Shown here in pieces: positions 31,150 through 40,897 of a stretch of 64,000 bases of DNA (within the stretch, counting starts at the first letter, position 1; each line of letters starts with the position of its first letter). The notes under the pieces are model-generated. The model searched no databases. It was not told the DNA's origin and worked only from the letters and a program-made list of their open reading frames with translations. Source of the DNA: Eggerthellaceae bacterium. Its GTDB lineage: Bacteria; Actinomycetota; Coriobacteriia; Coriobacteriales; Eggerthellaceae. Made by a program: the position numbers and the translations under genes. The stretch covers positions 1,669 to 65,668 of the forward strand of contig JAILNP010000026.1 in NCBI GenBank assembly GCA_024691475.1. The letters are read 5' to 3'.

Positions 31150-31863
31150 ATGTCCGATTACAAGTACAATCGCGTCCTGCTGAAGCTTTCCGGCGAGGCC
31201 CTGATGGGCGATACGGGTTATGGTATTGATCCGAAGGTCGTCGAAGAGCTAGCCGAGCAGATCAAGCAGATTGTCGACGATGGCATCGAAGTGGCCGTTA
31301 CCGTCGGCGGCGGAAACATCTTCCGCGGTCTGGCTGGTTCCGCCGAGGGCATGGACCGCTCTCAGGCCGACTACATCGGCATGCTTGCCACCTGCATGAA
31401 CGCGCTTGCCCTGCAAGACGGCTTCGAGCGCGCGGGCATTCAGTGCCGCGTCATGAGCGCCATCGAGATGCGCCAGGTTGCCGAACCGTACATCCGTCGT
31501 CGCGCCATTCGCCATTTGGAAAAGGGCCGCGTCGTCATCTTCGCCGCTGGCACGGGCAACCCGTACTTCACCACCGATACCACGGCCGCCCTGCGCGCGC
31601 TGGAAATCGGTGCCGAATGCCTTATGAAGGCCACGAAGGTTGACGGCATCTACGACGCCGACCCGAAGACGAACCCCGATGCGAAGCGCTTCGACCACAT
31701 TTCCTACCTCGACGTCATTTCGAAGGAACTGCACGTTATGGACACCACGGCCACCTCGCTGTGCATGGACAACGCCATGCCCATGCTGGTGTTCGACCTT
31801 ACGGTTCCCGGCAACATCGCTCGCGTTCTGAAAGGCGAAAACGTCGGCACGACGGTAAGCTAA
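31150..31863 (+). CDS. pyrH: UMP kinase
   Basis: [30 protein letters not shown]. Confidence 0.97.
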   Translation: MSDYKYNRVLLKLSGEALMGDTGYGIDPKVVEELAEQIKQIVDDGIEVAVTVGGGNIFRGLAGSAEGMDRSQADYIGMLATCMNALALQDGFERAGIQCRVMSAIEMRQVAEPYIRRRAIRHLEKGRVVIFAAGTGNPYFTTDTTAALRALEIGAECLMKATKVDGIYDADPKTNPDAKRFDHISYLDVISKELHVMDTTATSLCMDNAMPMLVFDLTVPGNIARVLKGENVGTTVS

Positions 31864-31944
31864 CGTGTAAAATACTAGCTAGTGATTATCGGTACAGGCG
31901 GGCAAGGCGGGGGCCTTGTCACCGCTGTTCTTGAAGGGATACTC

Positions 31945-32502
31945 ATGGTAGAAGACATCATGCAAAGCGCCGAGGAGCGCATGAACAAGGCAATCGACTC
32001 CCTGGAAAATGCGTTCGGCAACGTCCGCACGGGCCGTGCCAACGCTATGGTGCTCGATCGCGTTCGCGTGAACTATTACGGCGTTCCCACGCCCGTCAAT
32101 CAGATGGCTGCCATCAAGACGCCCGACGCCCACATGCTCGTCATCGAACCATGGGACAAGGGCACCCTGGGTGGCATCGAAAAGGCCATCGCCGAAAGCA
32201 ACATCGGCATTACCCCCAACAACGACGGTTCCTGCATTCGCCTTGCATTCCCCCAGCTCACGGAAGAGCGTCGTCTCGAGCTCGTGAAGGACTGCAAGAC
32301 GTACGCCGAGGAAGCGCGCGTTGCCATCCGCAACGCCCGTCGCGATGCCAATGCTGCCGTGGAAGCCGAAGTGAAGAACGAGGGTCTTCCTGAGGACGAG
32401 CAGCGTCGTGCCGAAGCCGCCATCCAGAAGCTCACCGACTCCTACGTTGCGAAGGTCGAAGAGCACTTCAAGAAGAAGGAAGCCGAGGTCATGGCTATCT
32501 AG
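31945..32502 (+). CDS. frr: ribosome recycling factor
   Basis: VRTGRAN, PNNDG, LTEERR, EEARVAIRNARRD. Confidence 0.97.
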   Translation: MVEDIMQSAEERMNKAIDSLENAFGNVRTGRANAMVLDRVRVNYYGVPTPVNQMAAIKTPDAHMLVIEPWDKGTLGGIEKAIAESNIGITPNNDGSCIRLAFPQLTEERRLELVKDCKTYAEEARVAIRNARRDANAAVEAEVKNEGLPEDEQRRAEAAIQKLTDSYVAKVEEHFKKKEAEVMAI

Positions 32503-32508
32503 CCATGC

Positions 32509-33297
32509 GTGGAGCATTCCTTGAATAAAGATTTTAGCGAAATATTCCCCGATATTCCCGCCGATATCGATGCTTCCGGCTTCGATGAGGCGCGCGTGCC
32601 CCGGCATGTTGCCGTCATTATGGACGGCAACGGCCGTTGGGCGAAAAAGCGTATGCTCAACAGGCTCAATGGCCACAAGGCTGGTATCGAGGCCGTGCGC
32701 GAGACCATTCGCTGCGCGTCCGATATCGGGGTTCGCTACCTTACCATCTACTCGTTTTCCACGGAAAATTGGAAGCGCCCCCAAGACGAAGTCGTGGGGC
32801 TCATGAACCTGTTCGCGAAGACGATGCTCGCCGAAGTCGATGGGCTCGACGAGGAAAACGTGCGCGTCATGACCATTGGCGACACATCGGCTTTGCCCGA
32901 GGACACGCAGCACGCCTTCGCCGAGGCGTGGGAGCAAACGAAGGACAACACGGGCATGACGCTCGTGGTTGCCGTGAACTATGGCTCGCGCGCTGAAATC
33001 ACCAGCGCGGTTCAGGCGGTCGTGAACGAGGCTCTGGCCCAGCAGGAAGCTGGCCTGGAAGTTGCCGCCGTTACCCCCGAGGCCATTGCATCCCACTTGC
33101 ATACCGCTTCCATTCCCGATCCCGACCTGGTCATTCGCACGAGTGGCGAAATGCGCCTTTCGAATTTCCTGCTCTGGCAGATTGCCTATTCCGAGTTCTA
33201 TAGCACGCCTGTGCTCTGGCCCGATTTCAATCGCTACGACTTCCTTCGCGCGATTTTGAACTTCCAGGGTCGTGCCCGCAGGTACGGGGGAGTGTAG
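32509..33297 (+). CDS. uppS: undecaprenyl diphosphate synthase
   Basis: HVAVIMDGNGRWA, FSTENWKRP, PDLVIRTSGEMRLSNFLLWQ. Confidence 0.96.
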   Translation: MEHSLNKDFSEIFPDIPADIDASGFDEARVPRHVAVIMDGNGRWAKKRMLNRLNGHKAGIEAVRETIRCASDIGVRYLTIYSFSTENWKRPQDEVVGLMNLFAKTMLAEVDGLDEENVRVMTIGDTSALPEDTQHAFAEAWEQTKDNTGMTLVVAVNYGSRAEITSAVQAVVNEALAQQEAGLEVAAVTPEAIASHLHTASIPDPDLVIRTSGEMRLSNFLLWQIAYSEFYSTPVLWPDFNRYDFLRAILNFQGRARRYGGV

Positions 33298-33298
33298 C

Positions 33299-34246
33299 GT
33301 GTCGAGTAACTCGTTCGAGGCCGAAGAGCAGACGCGTGGACAGCGTGCGCGGCGTGCAGTGAGCAATGCTCCGCACAAGGCCAAGCAGGTTGCCTACGAG
33401 AAGACGCCCGATCGCTTCAAGAACGCTACCAGCCTGCAGGTGCGCTTCCGCACGGGCGTGGTGTACGTGCTCGTTTCCATCCTCGCCGTGTTGGCAACCG
33501 ACATCACCACGGTGGTGTACCTGTCGCTTGTGTCGGGCATTTGCGCGGGCGAGTTCTATTACATGATGCGCGCCGACGCGAAGCTTCCCAACGAGACCAT
33601 TGGCGTGGTGGGTGCCGTGGCGTACCCCGTTGCCATGTGGCTCTGGGGTCTCACTGGCATTGCCCTGGTTGCCGTGTTGCACATGATGGCCTTGTTCATC
33701 TGGTATGTGTACTGGATGCGCGCCCGTGTGGGCGACGTTGCCATCAGCTTCTTCGGCGCAGGCTATACGGGCATGCTGCTTTCCAGCCTCATTCTTCTGC
33801 GCCATTCCGTCCCCGAACCCTGGGGCGGCGTCATTTTGCTCGTGGTGTTCTGCAGCATCTGGTTCAACGATGCCGCTGCATACCTGTTTGGCAGCAAGTT
33901 TGGCAAGCACAAGCTCGCGCCACGTACCAGCCCCAAGAAGAGCTGGGAAGGCCTCATCGCCGGCCTGGTGGTATCGGGCGGCGTATGGTGCGTCATGTCA
34001 TTCATTCCGGGCGTCACTATGCCCATTCCCATGGCCATTTTGTTTGGCGTGCTGTGCGGTGGTGCCGGCGTGGTGGGCGACCTTGCCGAAAGCCGTATCA
34101 AGCGCAATGTGGGCGTGAAAGATTCTGGAACTATCATGCCTGGTCACGGTGGCCTGCTCGACCGATGCGATTCGTTGTTCTTCGCTTCGGTGGCAGCGTA
34201 TATCTTGCTTCTTATTGGAGGTTGCATTCCCTATGTCGCAGTGTAA
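33299..34246 (+). CDS. cdsA: phosphatidate cytidylyltransferase
   Basis: SPKKSWEG, GDLAESRIKRNVGVKDSG, PGHGGLLDRCDS. Start GTG 33299 is approximate. Confidence 0.93.
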   Translation: MSSNSFEAEEQTRGQRARRAVSNAPHKAKQVAYEKTPDRFKNATSLQVRFRTGVVYVLVSILAVLATDITTVVYLSLVSGICAGEFYYMMRADAKLPNETIGVVGAVAYPVAMWLWGLTGIALVAVLHMMALFIWYVYWMRARVGDVAISFFGAGYTGMLLSSLILLRHSVPEPWGGVILLVVFCSIWFNDAAAYLFGSKFGKHKLAPRTSPKKSWEGLIAGLVVSGGVWCVMSFIPGVTMPIPMAILFGVLCGGAGVVGDLAESRIKRNVGVKDSGTIMPGHGGLLDRCDSLFFASVAAYILLLIGGCIPYVAV

Positions 34247-35432
34247 GCGTATTGCCGTTCTTGGTTCTACCGGCTCCATTGGCGTTCAAACGCTCGATGT
34301 GGCAAGGCAGCACGCTAGCGAACTGCAGGTCGTCGCTCTTGCGTGCGGCAGGCGCGTCGATACCATGATCGAACAGGCGCGCGCATGCGGCGCCACGTAT
34401 GTGGCATGCGGTCTGGAAGAAGCTCCCGAAGTTACCGCCGACCTTACTGGTCTTGATTACGCGGTGGGCATGGACGCGGTTGTTTCCCTGGTTCGCTTGC
34501 CCGAAGTCGATATTGTGGTGAATGCCCTGGTGGGCGCAGCTGGCTTGCGTGCGAGCTATGAAACGCTGCGTGCGGGCAAGGTGCTTGCGTTGGCGAACAA
34601 GGAATCCCTGGTGGTTGGCGGCGACCTGATCATGCCGCTTGCCGCGCAGGTCGACGCCCAGCGTCGCGCAAACGGCGTTGCCCCTGCTGTGGGCCCTGCG
34701 GGCGCTCTTATGCCCATCGATAGCGAGCACGGGGCCATCTATCAGTGTCTGTTGGGCGAAGAGCACAAGGAAGTCAGCTGCCTGTGGGTGACGGCGTCTG
34801 GTGGCCCGTTCCGCGGCCGTACGCGCAGCGAGCTTTCCGACATTACGCCTGCGCAGGCCCTGGCGCATCCTACGTGGAACATGGGTCCGAAGATCACCAT
34901 CGACAGCAGCACGCTCATGAACAAGGGCCTCGAGGTCATCGAGGCGCATCATCTCTTCAACATGCCCTACGACCGGATCAAGGTGGTCGTGCAGCCCCAG
35001 AGCGCCATTCATTCCATGGTGGAATTCACCGATGGCAGCGTGAAGGCCCATCTGGGCACCACCGATATGCGCATTCCCATTCAGTTTGCGCTCAGCTATC
35101 CCAAGCGCTGGGAGGCTCCCGTAGAGCCACTCGATTTCACGAAGCTGGGAAGCCTGGAATTCTATCCTGCCGATACCGATACGTTTCGCTGCCTGCAGCT
35201 TGCTCGCATGGCGGGTACGGCAGGCGGTACGCTTCCGTGTGCCATGAATGCCGCCAACGAAGTTGCCGTAGCGTCGTTTTTGGCGGGGGAGTGCAGCTAC
35301 CTGGGCATTGCCGAAACGGTCGAGCGCGTTATGGATGCGCATGTGAATGCCGCCGTGGAAAGTCTGGAGCAGCTAGCGGCCGTCGACGCGGCGTCGCGCG
35401 AAGCGGCTCGCGGGTTTATCGCCGCGCAGTAG
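34233..35432 (+). CDS. dxr: 1-deoxy-D-xylulose 5-phosphate reductoisomerase
   Basis: LGSTGSIG, LANKESLV, PIDSEH, TASGGPF, HPTWNMGPKITIDSSTLMNKGLE, NAANEVAV. Confidence 0.97.
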   Translation: MSQCKRIAVLGSTGSIGVQTLDVARQHASELQVVALACGRRVDTMIEQARACGATYVACGLEEAPEVTADLTGLDYAVGMDAVVSLVRLPEVDIVVNALVGAAGLRASYETLRAGKVLALANKESLVVGGDLIMPLAAQVDAQRRANGVAPAVGPAGALMPIDSEHGAIYQCLLGEEHKEVSCLWVTASGGPFRGRTRSELSDITPAQALAHPTWNMGPKITIDSSTLMNKGLEVIEAHHLFNMPYDRIKVVVQPQSAIHSMVEFTDGSVKAHLGTTDMRIPIQFALSYPKRWEAPVEPLDFTKLGSLEFYPADTDTFRCLQLARMAGTAGGTLPCAMNAANEVAVASFLAGECSYLGIAETVERVMDAHVNAAVESLEQLAAVDAASREAARGFIAAQ

Positions 35433-35512
35433 TTCTTGCCAGCTGCCGTTAGTCCTGCTGTTTGGGCTGCTAGATCCTCGCCGCGGATGTATCGGTACGG
35501 AAATTGCCACTT

Positions 35513-35642
35513 ACGTTTTTCCGGAAAAACGTCCGCACCCCCATTTGGCATGATTTGCAGGCTGAATATCGCCTGAGTCTTTTGCGAACTGGGAAAACGT
35601 TCATGCGCTTGGATTGGCTTCGTCGTTTTTCCGGAAAAACGA
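35513..35642. repeat. two perfect 20-bp palindromes sharing the core CGTTTTTCCGGAAAAACG, 110 bp apart
   Basis: ACGTTTTTCCGGAAAAACGT (35513-35532), TCGTTTTTCCGGAAAAACGA (35623-35642), half-site GGGAAAACGT (35591-35600). Confidence 0.9.
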
Positions 35643-35787
35643 GACGACGGTTTTTTCGTTGCCGTATCGCTTCTTTGCATCTATTTCATTTCCTTGATAT
35701 TTGTCTATCTTTGCGTTTTCGTATTCGTCTGCGCGCGGGAACGGGTATCGTGACTGAGTGAGGTCGGGTTTGTTATGGGGGAGTTTC

Positions 35788-37110
35788 ATGTCTCGTTCGT
35801 GGTTTCGGGGTAAGAGATTTGGCGTTCAAGGTCGCCTGATTCTCCATCTTGCTCTCGTTATAGTCGTCCTTTCCGCGGCTGGCATGGCGGTGGCCTTCCA
35901 GCAAAGCCGAAACCAGGCCTACGATTCTGCTACGGAAAAGGCTACTGCGCTTGCCGACCAGATGGAGGCCGTTTGGAATTACGTGGAGACGCATCAAGAT
36001 GCCATTTCTGCCGATGCATCTCAAGGGTCTTCCTCCAGTGGCTATATATGCATCATCTCGGTCAAATCGGTTGCTGCGAATTTCAGCGATGTCTCTACGA
36101 GCTCGATTCGTTATACGTCGCTGCGTCCTCGCAACGTTCTTGACGAGCCCGATTCGTTCGAGCGCGAAGCTATGGAGCAGTTTGCAGCTAACCCCCTACT
36201 TGCATCGTATGGGGCCATTGATTCGTCTACGGGTGAAGAGCTGTATCGATATATGAGACCCGTTCGTATCGAACAGTCGTGTCTGGGATGCCATGGTGAA
36301 CCGGAAGGCGAGCGTGATGCGCTTGGCTATGCGAAAGAAGGCTATGCAATAGGTGATTTGGCGGGTGCCTTGAGCATTAGTGAAGCCATGGATGTGTACT
36401 ACGGAGAGTCGGAGGGGCAGTTTGCCGGTTGGCTTATCATCTCGTTTGCTTGCCTGATCGTGGCAGTTGTGGCCATGTTTGCGATAGTGAAAAAAGTCGT
36501 GCTGAAGCCCGTATCTGCCATGTCGAAGGCGACGAAACGGTTTTCCGAAGGCGAGACGTCGTATCGCGTCGAAGTGCCGCGGCGCAACGATGAGGTGGCT
36601 TCCCTCGCTCGCGATTTCAATGGAATGGCGGACGAAATCGAAGATCTCTATTCCGGTTTGGAAAAGCGCGTTGAGGAGCGCACGGTTGAATTGGAGCGCA
36701 TAAACGCATCTCTTTCCGACGCTCTTGCTGCCGAACGGGAAGATAAAACGCGAGCCTTGGAACGACTTAAAGCGGAACGAGAGGAAATGTCTCGTCGGGT
36801 GTTCGAGCCGTTCAGCGTTGGCGATTTTGTTTTCGATCGAGCCAAGTACGCGGTGAGCAAGCGTGGGCAGGCAGTTCCCCTAACGCCCAAGGAATTCAGT
36901 ATCGTATTTGCGCTCGCCTCACGTGCAGGCGAGGTCGTTTCTCAGCAGGAATTGGTGCGAGAAGCGTGGGGCGAGGAGTATAGCGTCGAAATGGTGGGCC
37001 TTGCAGTGTACGTGCGACGCATACGCAAGAAGATCGAAGATGACCCTGCTCATCCAACGGTGATACTTACTATCTGGGGCGAGGGCTACACGTTCGCTGT
37101 ACATGATTAA
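35788..37110 (+). CDS. heme-c (DUF3365-like) sensor - TM - HAMP - OmpR-type wHTH fusion; no kinase or receiver domain
   Basis: TM1; RYTSLRPRN...PDSFE...YRYMRPVRIEQSCLGCHG...GDLAGALSI; TM2; HAMP (DEVASLARDFNGMA); coiled coil; LTPKEFSIVFALA...VYVRRIRKKIEDDPAHPTVILTIWGEGY. Confidence 0.85.
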   Translation: MSRSWFRGKRFGVQGRLILHLALVIVVLSAAGMAVAFQQSRNQAYDSATEKATALADQMEAVWNYVETHQDAISADASQGSSSSGYICIISVKSVAANFSDVSTSSIRYTSLRPRNVLDEPDSFEREAMEQFAANPLLASYGAIDSSTGEELYRYMRPVRIEQSCLGCHGEPEGERDALGYAKEGYAIGDLAGALSISEAMDVYYGESEGQFAGWLIISFACLIVAVVAMFAIVKKVVLKPVSAMSKATKRFSEGETSYRVEVPRRNDEVASLARDFNGMADEIEDLYSGLEKRVEERTVELERINASLSDALAAEREDKTRALERLKAEREEMSRRVFEPFSVGDFVFDRAKYAVSKRGQAVPLTPKEFSIVFALASRAGEVVSQQELVREAWGEEYSVEMVGLAVYVRRIRKKIEDDPAHPTVILTIWGEGYTFAVHD

Positions 37111-37253
37111 CAAGTGTCAAGCTTTCTCAATCTCCTGTTTATGGCTTCGTTTCGAAGTGGGGGATAGGGTTGTTTCGGTTGGCTCCAGGGTGGACGATGT
37201 GCGGGGTTCGCTATCCATCGGAGTCGAGGATGCCTTAGGAGAAGGGAGATAGA

Positions 37254-38576
37254 ATGCACATGAGCAAAAAGAGCACCGTTGTCGCTACCGTGGCTCTTAT
37301 CGCCACTTTGGCGGTGGCTCTGGTTGTTGCTGGATGCGGCAATGGTCCGCGTTCGCGTTCGACGAGTGTTGGGGCGGATACCACAAGCGAAATGAAGACG
37401 ATGGCGGAGTATGCTGAGGAATTTCCGCATGAATATCAGTCGAGCCAGCAGACGCGTGTCAATGCAAAGGGCTTCACTATTGGTCATACTGTTTCGAACT
37501 TGCGGGATATCTGCGAGCGGCCCGTTATGCGCGATGTGAACGGGGACATCGAATGGAATGCCGATGGAACCATGAGTGTGTTCACGAGCGAATATGATGA
37601 GGAAACGGGCCAGTATATCGTGCCCGAACTTTCTGATGAGCAGCTTGCGACGCTCAATCTGAAGTCCGGATGCATTTCCTGCAAGAGTTCCAAGTTTAAT
37701 GAAATCTATGCTCAGCAGGGTGCCGCTGCATACGGAAATGTGTACAACGGGGAAGCGCGTAGCATAGTCAATGACGAGTACTGGGATTGCGCTATGTGTC
37801 ACAATGGCACGCCTTCAGCCGCTACGGTATCGCCTCAGCTTGTGTATTTTCAGGCGCTGGGCGAGGGGCTTGCCGACAAGCTCGACCCTAAGATGGCGGT
37901 ATGCGCGCAATGCCATAACAGCTACGATTACCGAAGCAGCATCAAGACTGAAGAAGATTTGGAAACGTTCAAGCCGTATCGCTACGGCAATGACGTTGAT
38001 GCCGTCTTCAAGAGCGCCTATGAGGATGGCGTTAACTTCGCCGACAACGATCTTGGCCTTCCGGAGAGCTATGTAGTGCATGCCAATATCGAAGGGTACA
38101 TGGGCACGACGCATTACCAGATGGGCGTAACGTGCGTAGACTGCCATATGCCCAAGACGACGGATGCGGAAACGGGCAAGTCGTATCGTAGCCATTTCAG
38201 CGCAAACAGTCCGCTTGAGAGCGAGGACTCTCTTAATTACTGCCTGACGTGCCACAAGAGCCAGGGCATCGAGAGCACGGAGGCTATGGTCGATTTTGTG
38301 CGTGCCAAGGAAAGCGCCTTCGCGTCTGATTTGGAGACGCTTAAGGCGGATATCGATAGCTATGGAACCGACCTCTCGAATGCCATCGCCTCGGGGTCTA
38401 TGAGCGAGGATGCGATTTCCCAGGCCAAGGAGGATTACGCGCGCGCAACGTGGTATTACCAGGTAATGATAACTGGTCCGTACGAAAGTGCTGGCAGCCA
38501 GATTGCCATGGTTGATTCCAGTGGGCTGCTTGCAAAGGCTCATGCATCCATCGACGAGGGCAGGGGCCTGATCTAG
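37254..38576 (+). CDS. NrfA-like pentaheme cytochrome c552 lipoprotein (divergent)
   Basis: Lipobox VAGC; heme motifs CISCK, CAMCH, CAQCH, CVDCH, CLTCH in NrfA order. Confidence 0.82.
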   Translation: MHMSKKSTVVATVALIATLAVALVVAGCGNGPRSRSTSVGADTTSEMKTMAEYAEEFPHEYQSSQQTRVNAKGFTIGHTVSNLRDICERPVMRDVNGDIEWNADGTMSVFTSEYDEETGQYIVPELSDEQLATLNLKSGCISCKSSKFNEIYAQQGAAAYGNVYNGEARSIVNDEYWDCAMCHNGTPSAATVSPQLVYFQALGEGLADKLDPKMAVCAQCHNSYDYRSSIKTEEDLETFKPYRYGNDVDAVFKSAYEDGVNFADNDLGLPESYVVHANIEGYMGTTHYQMGVTCVDCHMPKTTDAETGKSYRSHFSANSPLESEDSLNYCLTCHKSQGIESTEAMVDFVRAKESAFASDLETLKADIDSYGTDLSNAIASGSMSEDAISQAKEDYARATWYYQVMITGPYESAGSQIAMVDSSGLLAKAHASIDEGRGLI

Positions 38577-38637
38577 AACGTTGACGGCTTTCCCGCAAAG
38601 CCGTAGAGGCTCTGCCTTTATCGCATGCCCCAAACGA

Positions 38638-38671
38638 AAGGACCTCCGATGCAATCGCATCGGAGGTCCTT
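38638..38671. terminator. hairpin between convergent cytochrome and lactate permease genes
   Basis: AAGGACCTCCGATGC-AATC-GCATCGGAGGTCCTT, perfect 15-bp stem. Confidence 0.8.
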
Positions 38672-38694
38672 CTGCGTGAGTGATTATCGTTGCG

Positions 38695-40374
38695 CTACGG
38701 CAGGATGAAGCTCAGAATGCCGGACTGCAGGAACACCAGGCAGCAGAGCACTACCAGGAAGCCCACGCTCCAGGGCAGAACGCTCTTCATGATGTCGGCT
38801 TCGCGCTCGTCGGTGGCAACGGCGGCGATGGCCAGCGACTGCGGGCTGATCATCTTGCCCACGACGCCACCCATGGTGTTGGCAGCCAGGAACAGGTCGG
38901 GCGTAACGTTCGCCAGGGCCGGGTTCGCCTGGGCTGCAGAGTACTGCAGGCTCGAGAACAGGGCGTTTGCGCTCGTATCGCTGCCCGTAACGGCGGTGCC
39001 AACCCAGCCGAGCAGGGGAGAGATGAATGCGAATGCGGGGCCAGCGCCTGCCAGGAACTCGCCGATGCTGATGGTCTGGCCGCTGAAGTTCATCACGTAG
39101 GCCAGCGACAGAACCAGCACGATGGTAAGGGCGGAGAAGCGCATGCGATAGCACGTCTTGCCCAGTTCCTGCACGGCTGCGCCCATTGACATCTGGTAGC
39201 GGCCCTTTTCGTTGAAGATCGTGTAGATAAGAGCCGAAATCATGCCAGCAACGAGCAGCATGGTGCCGGGCGTGGAGAGCAGGTTGAGGGTGAACGTGGT
39301 GCCCGGGTCTTTGCCGGCAGCGGAAAGGATGGTGCCGCCCGAAATGACGGGCCAGGCGATCTTGATGTCGGTGGCAGAGAGCAGCGAGGGAATGCCCAGC
39401 TTGCAGATGCCGAATACCAGAACGACAACGATGTAGGGAACGAGTGCCATGAAGATGCGGGTGCCGTTCAGCTCGCTTGCGGCTTCTGCCGTTACGGGCG
39501 GCAGACCGAAGTCCTTGCGCACTGCTTCGACGCCACGGGGCTTCCAGAAGCGCATGAACGCCACGAGCGCTGCCATGGACACGAGTGCGGCTACGACGTC
39601 GGTGAGCTCGTAGGCGAAGTGATTGGAGCACCACCACTGCGTGAGGGCGAAGGAGCCACCCACGACCATGGAGGGAACCCAGCATTCGCGAGCGCCGCGC
39701 TTGCCATCGAGGATGATGACGAGCAGCAGCGGTACGAACAGTGCGAACAGGGGAGCCTGATAGCCCACGATGGCGGCAACGTGCTGGGCGGTAGCGCTTG
39801 CAACGGAAGCATCGCCGCCGGCGACCATGTTGCCAGCCGTGGTGATGGGCGTTGCCACGGCGCCGTACGCAACGGGAGCCGTGTTGGCCAGCATGACGGC
39901 CAGGGCGGCACGCTTGGGCTTTACGCCCAGGGCCAGAATCATGGTTGCCGTAATGGCGATGGGAGCGCCGAAGCCAGCCAGGGCTTCCAGCAGGCCACCA
40001 AAGCTGAAGGCAATGAGCATGGCCTGGATGCGGATGTCGCCGCCGCCAACCTTGTCGAAGAACCTGCGCAGGTCCTCGCTGCGGCCCGAGCGGACCGTAA
40101 CCTCGTAGAACCAAACGGCAAGAAGAATGATGTATACGATGGGGAATGCGCCGAACGCAGCACCTTGCGTTGCGGAGATGAGAGCGTATCCAACGGGCAT
40201 CTGGAATGCCACGACGGCTACGATGAGCGCGGCGACCAACGCCACGGCGGCCGAGATGTGCGCCTTTGCCTTCACGCCAATGAGCATGACGAAAAACGTG
40301 AGCAGGGGCACGCAGGCCACGAGGGCGGAAAGCCCCAGATTGCCTGCAACCGGATCGGTTAACGCTTGAAACAT
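38695..40374 (-). CDS. lctP: L-lactate permease
   Basis: FGGLLEALAGFGAP, ANTAPVAYGAVATP, VTGSDTSANALF, GKMISPQSLAIA. Confidence 0.92.
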   Translation of the reverse strand: MFQALTDPVAGNLGLSALVACVPLLTFFVMLIGVKAKAHISAAVALVAALIVAVVAFQMPVGYALISATQGAAFGAFPIVYIILLAVWFYEVTVRSGRSEDLRRFFDKVGGGDIRIQAMLIAFSFGGLLEALAGFGAPIAITATMILALGVKPKRAALAVMLANTAPVAYGAVATPITTAGNMVAGGDASVASATAQHVAAIVGYQAPLFALFVPLLLVIILDGKRGARECWVPSMVVGGSFALTQWWCSNHFAYELTDVVAALVSMAALVAFMRFWKPRGVEAVRKDFGLPPVTAEAASELNGTRIFMALVPYIVVVLVFGICKLGIPSLLSATDIKIAWPVISGGTILSAAGKDPGTTFTLNLLSTPGTMLLVAGMISALIYTIFNEKGRYQMSMGAAVQELGKTCYRMRFSALTIVLVLSLAYVMNFSGQTISIGEFLAGAGPAFAFISPLLGWVGTAVTGSDTSANALFSSLQYSAAQANPALANVTPDLFLAANTMGGVVGKMISPQSLAIAAVATDEREADIMKSVLPWSVGFLVVLCCLVFLQSGILSFILP

Positions 40375-40897
40375 AAACTAACTTTCTCGAAAACTGCACT
40401 GCCACGCGCAGCAGAGGGGGCGTTGCGCGTGGGGGTAATACTATCGTTAGCCCTTTTTTGCAACCCACTCTTTGCGGCCAGCGGTGGAAATCGTCCGATG
40501 TGCGTTACCACACATTTCCAGTTCTGTGTAAAGAATCTGGAGAGTGGAGGAATTATGTCGCTATTCGGAGAGTAAGGAAGTCGCATTACCTGCATAGGAA
40601 ATGGGCGCCTGTAGGCTTATGAAAAGCATGGATTACGCCCTCCGCGACCTATTCAATTTGTCCGCAAACAAAGCCCTATCAGAAGTGAAAATAATATCTA
40701 TCTGGGTAATCAATAGTAGCACCCTTCGTGCTACCCCCGTTCGGGGGCGCGCGTGCGAAAAATAATACCGTTGATGCGATTCCCCTTCCCGTAACCATGC
40801 CGTATAAATCCCTTCGACACTTTTGGGCGCACTGTGCCGTGGTGCGCTTTGGGTGGAAAGAGAAGGTAAGACGAGAAGAAGCAAAGGAAGGGAAAGC

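Noticed and set aside
35513-35642. CRISPR array
   Set aside because: Only two repeat copies about 90 nt apart, loopless palindromes, and no cas genes.
35601-35789. Short ORFs over the palindrome and T-rich tract
   Set aside because: No RBS or motif; the composition is better explained as regulatory DNA.
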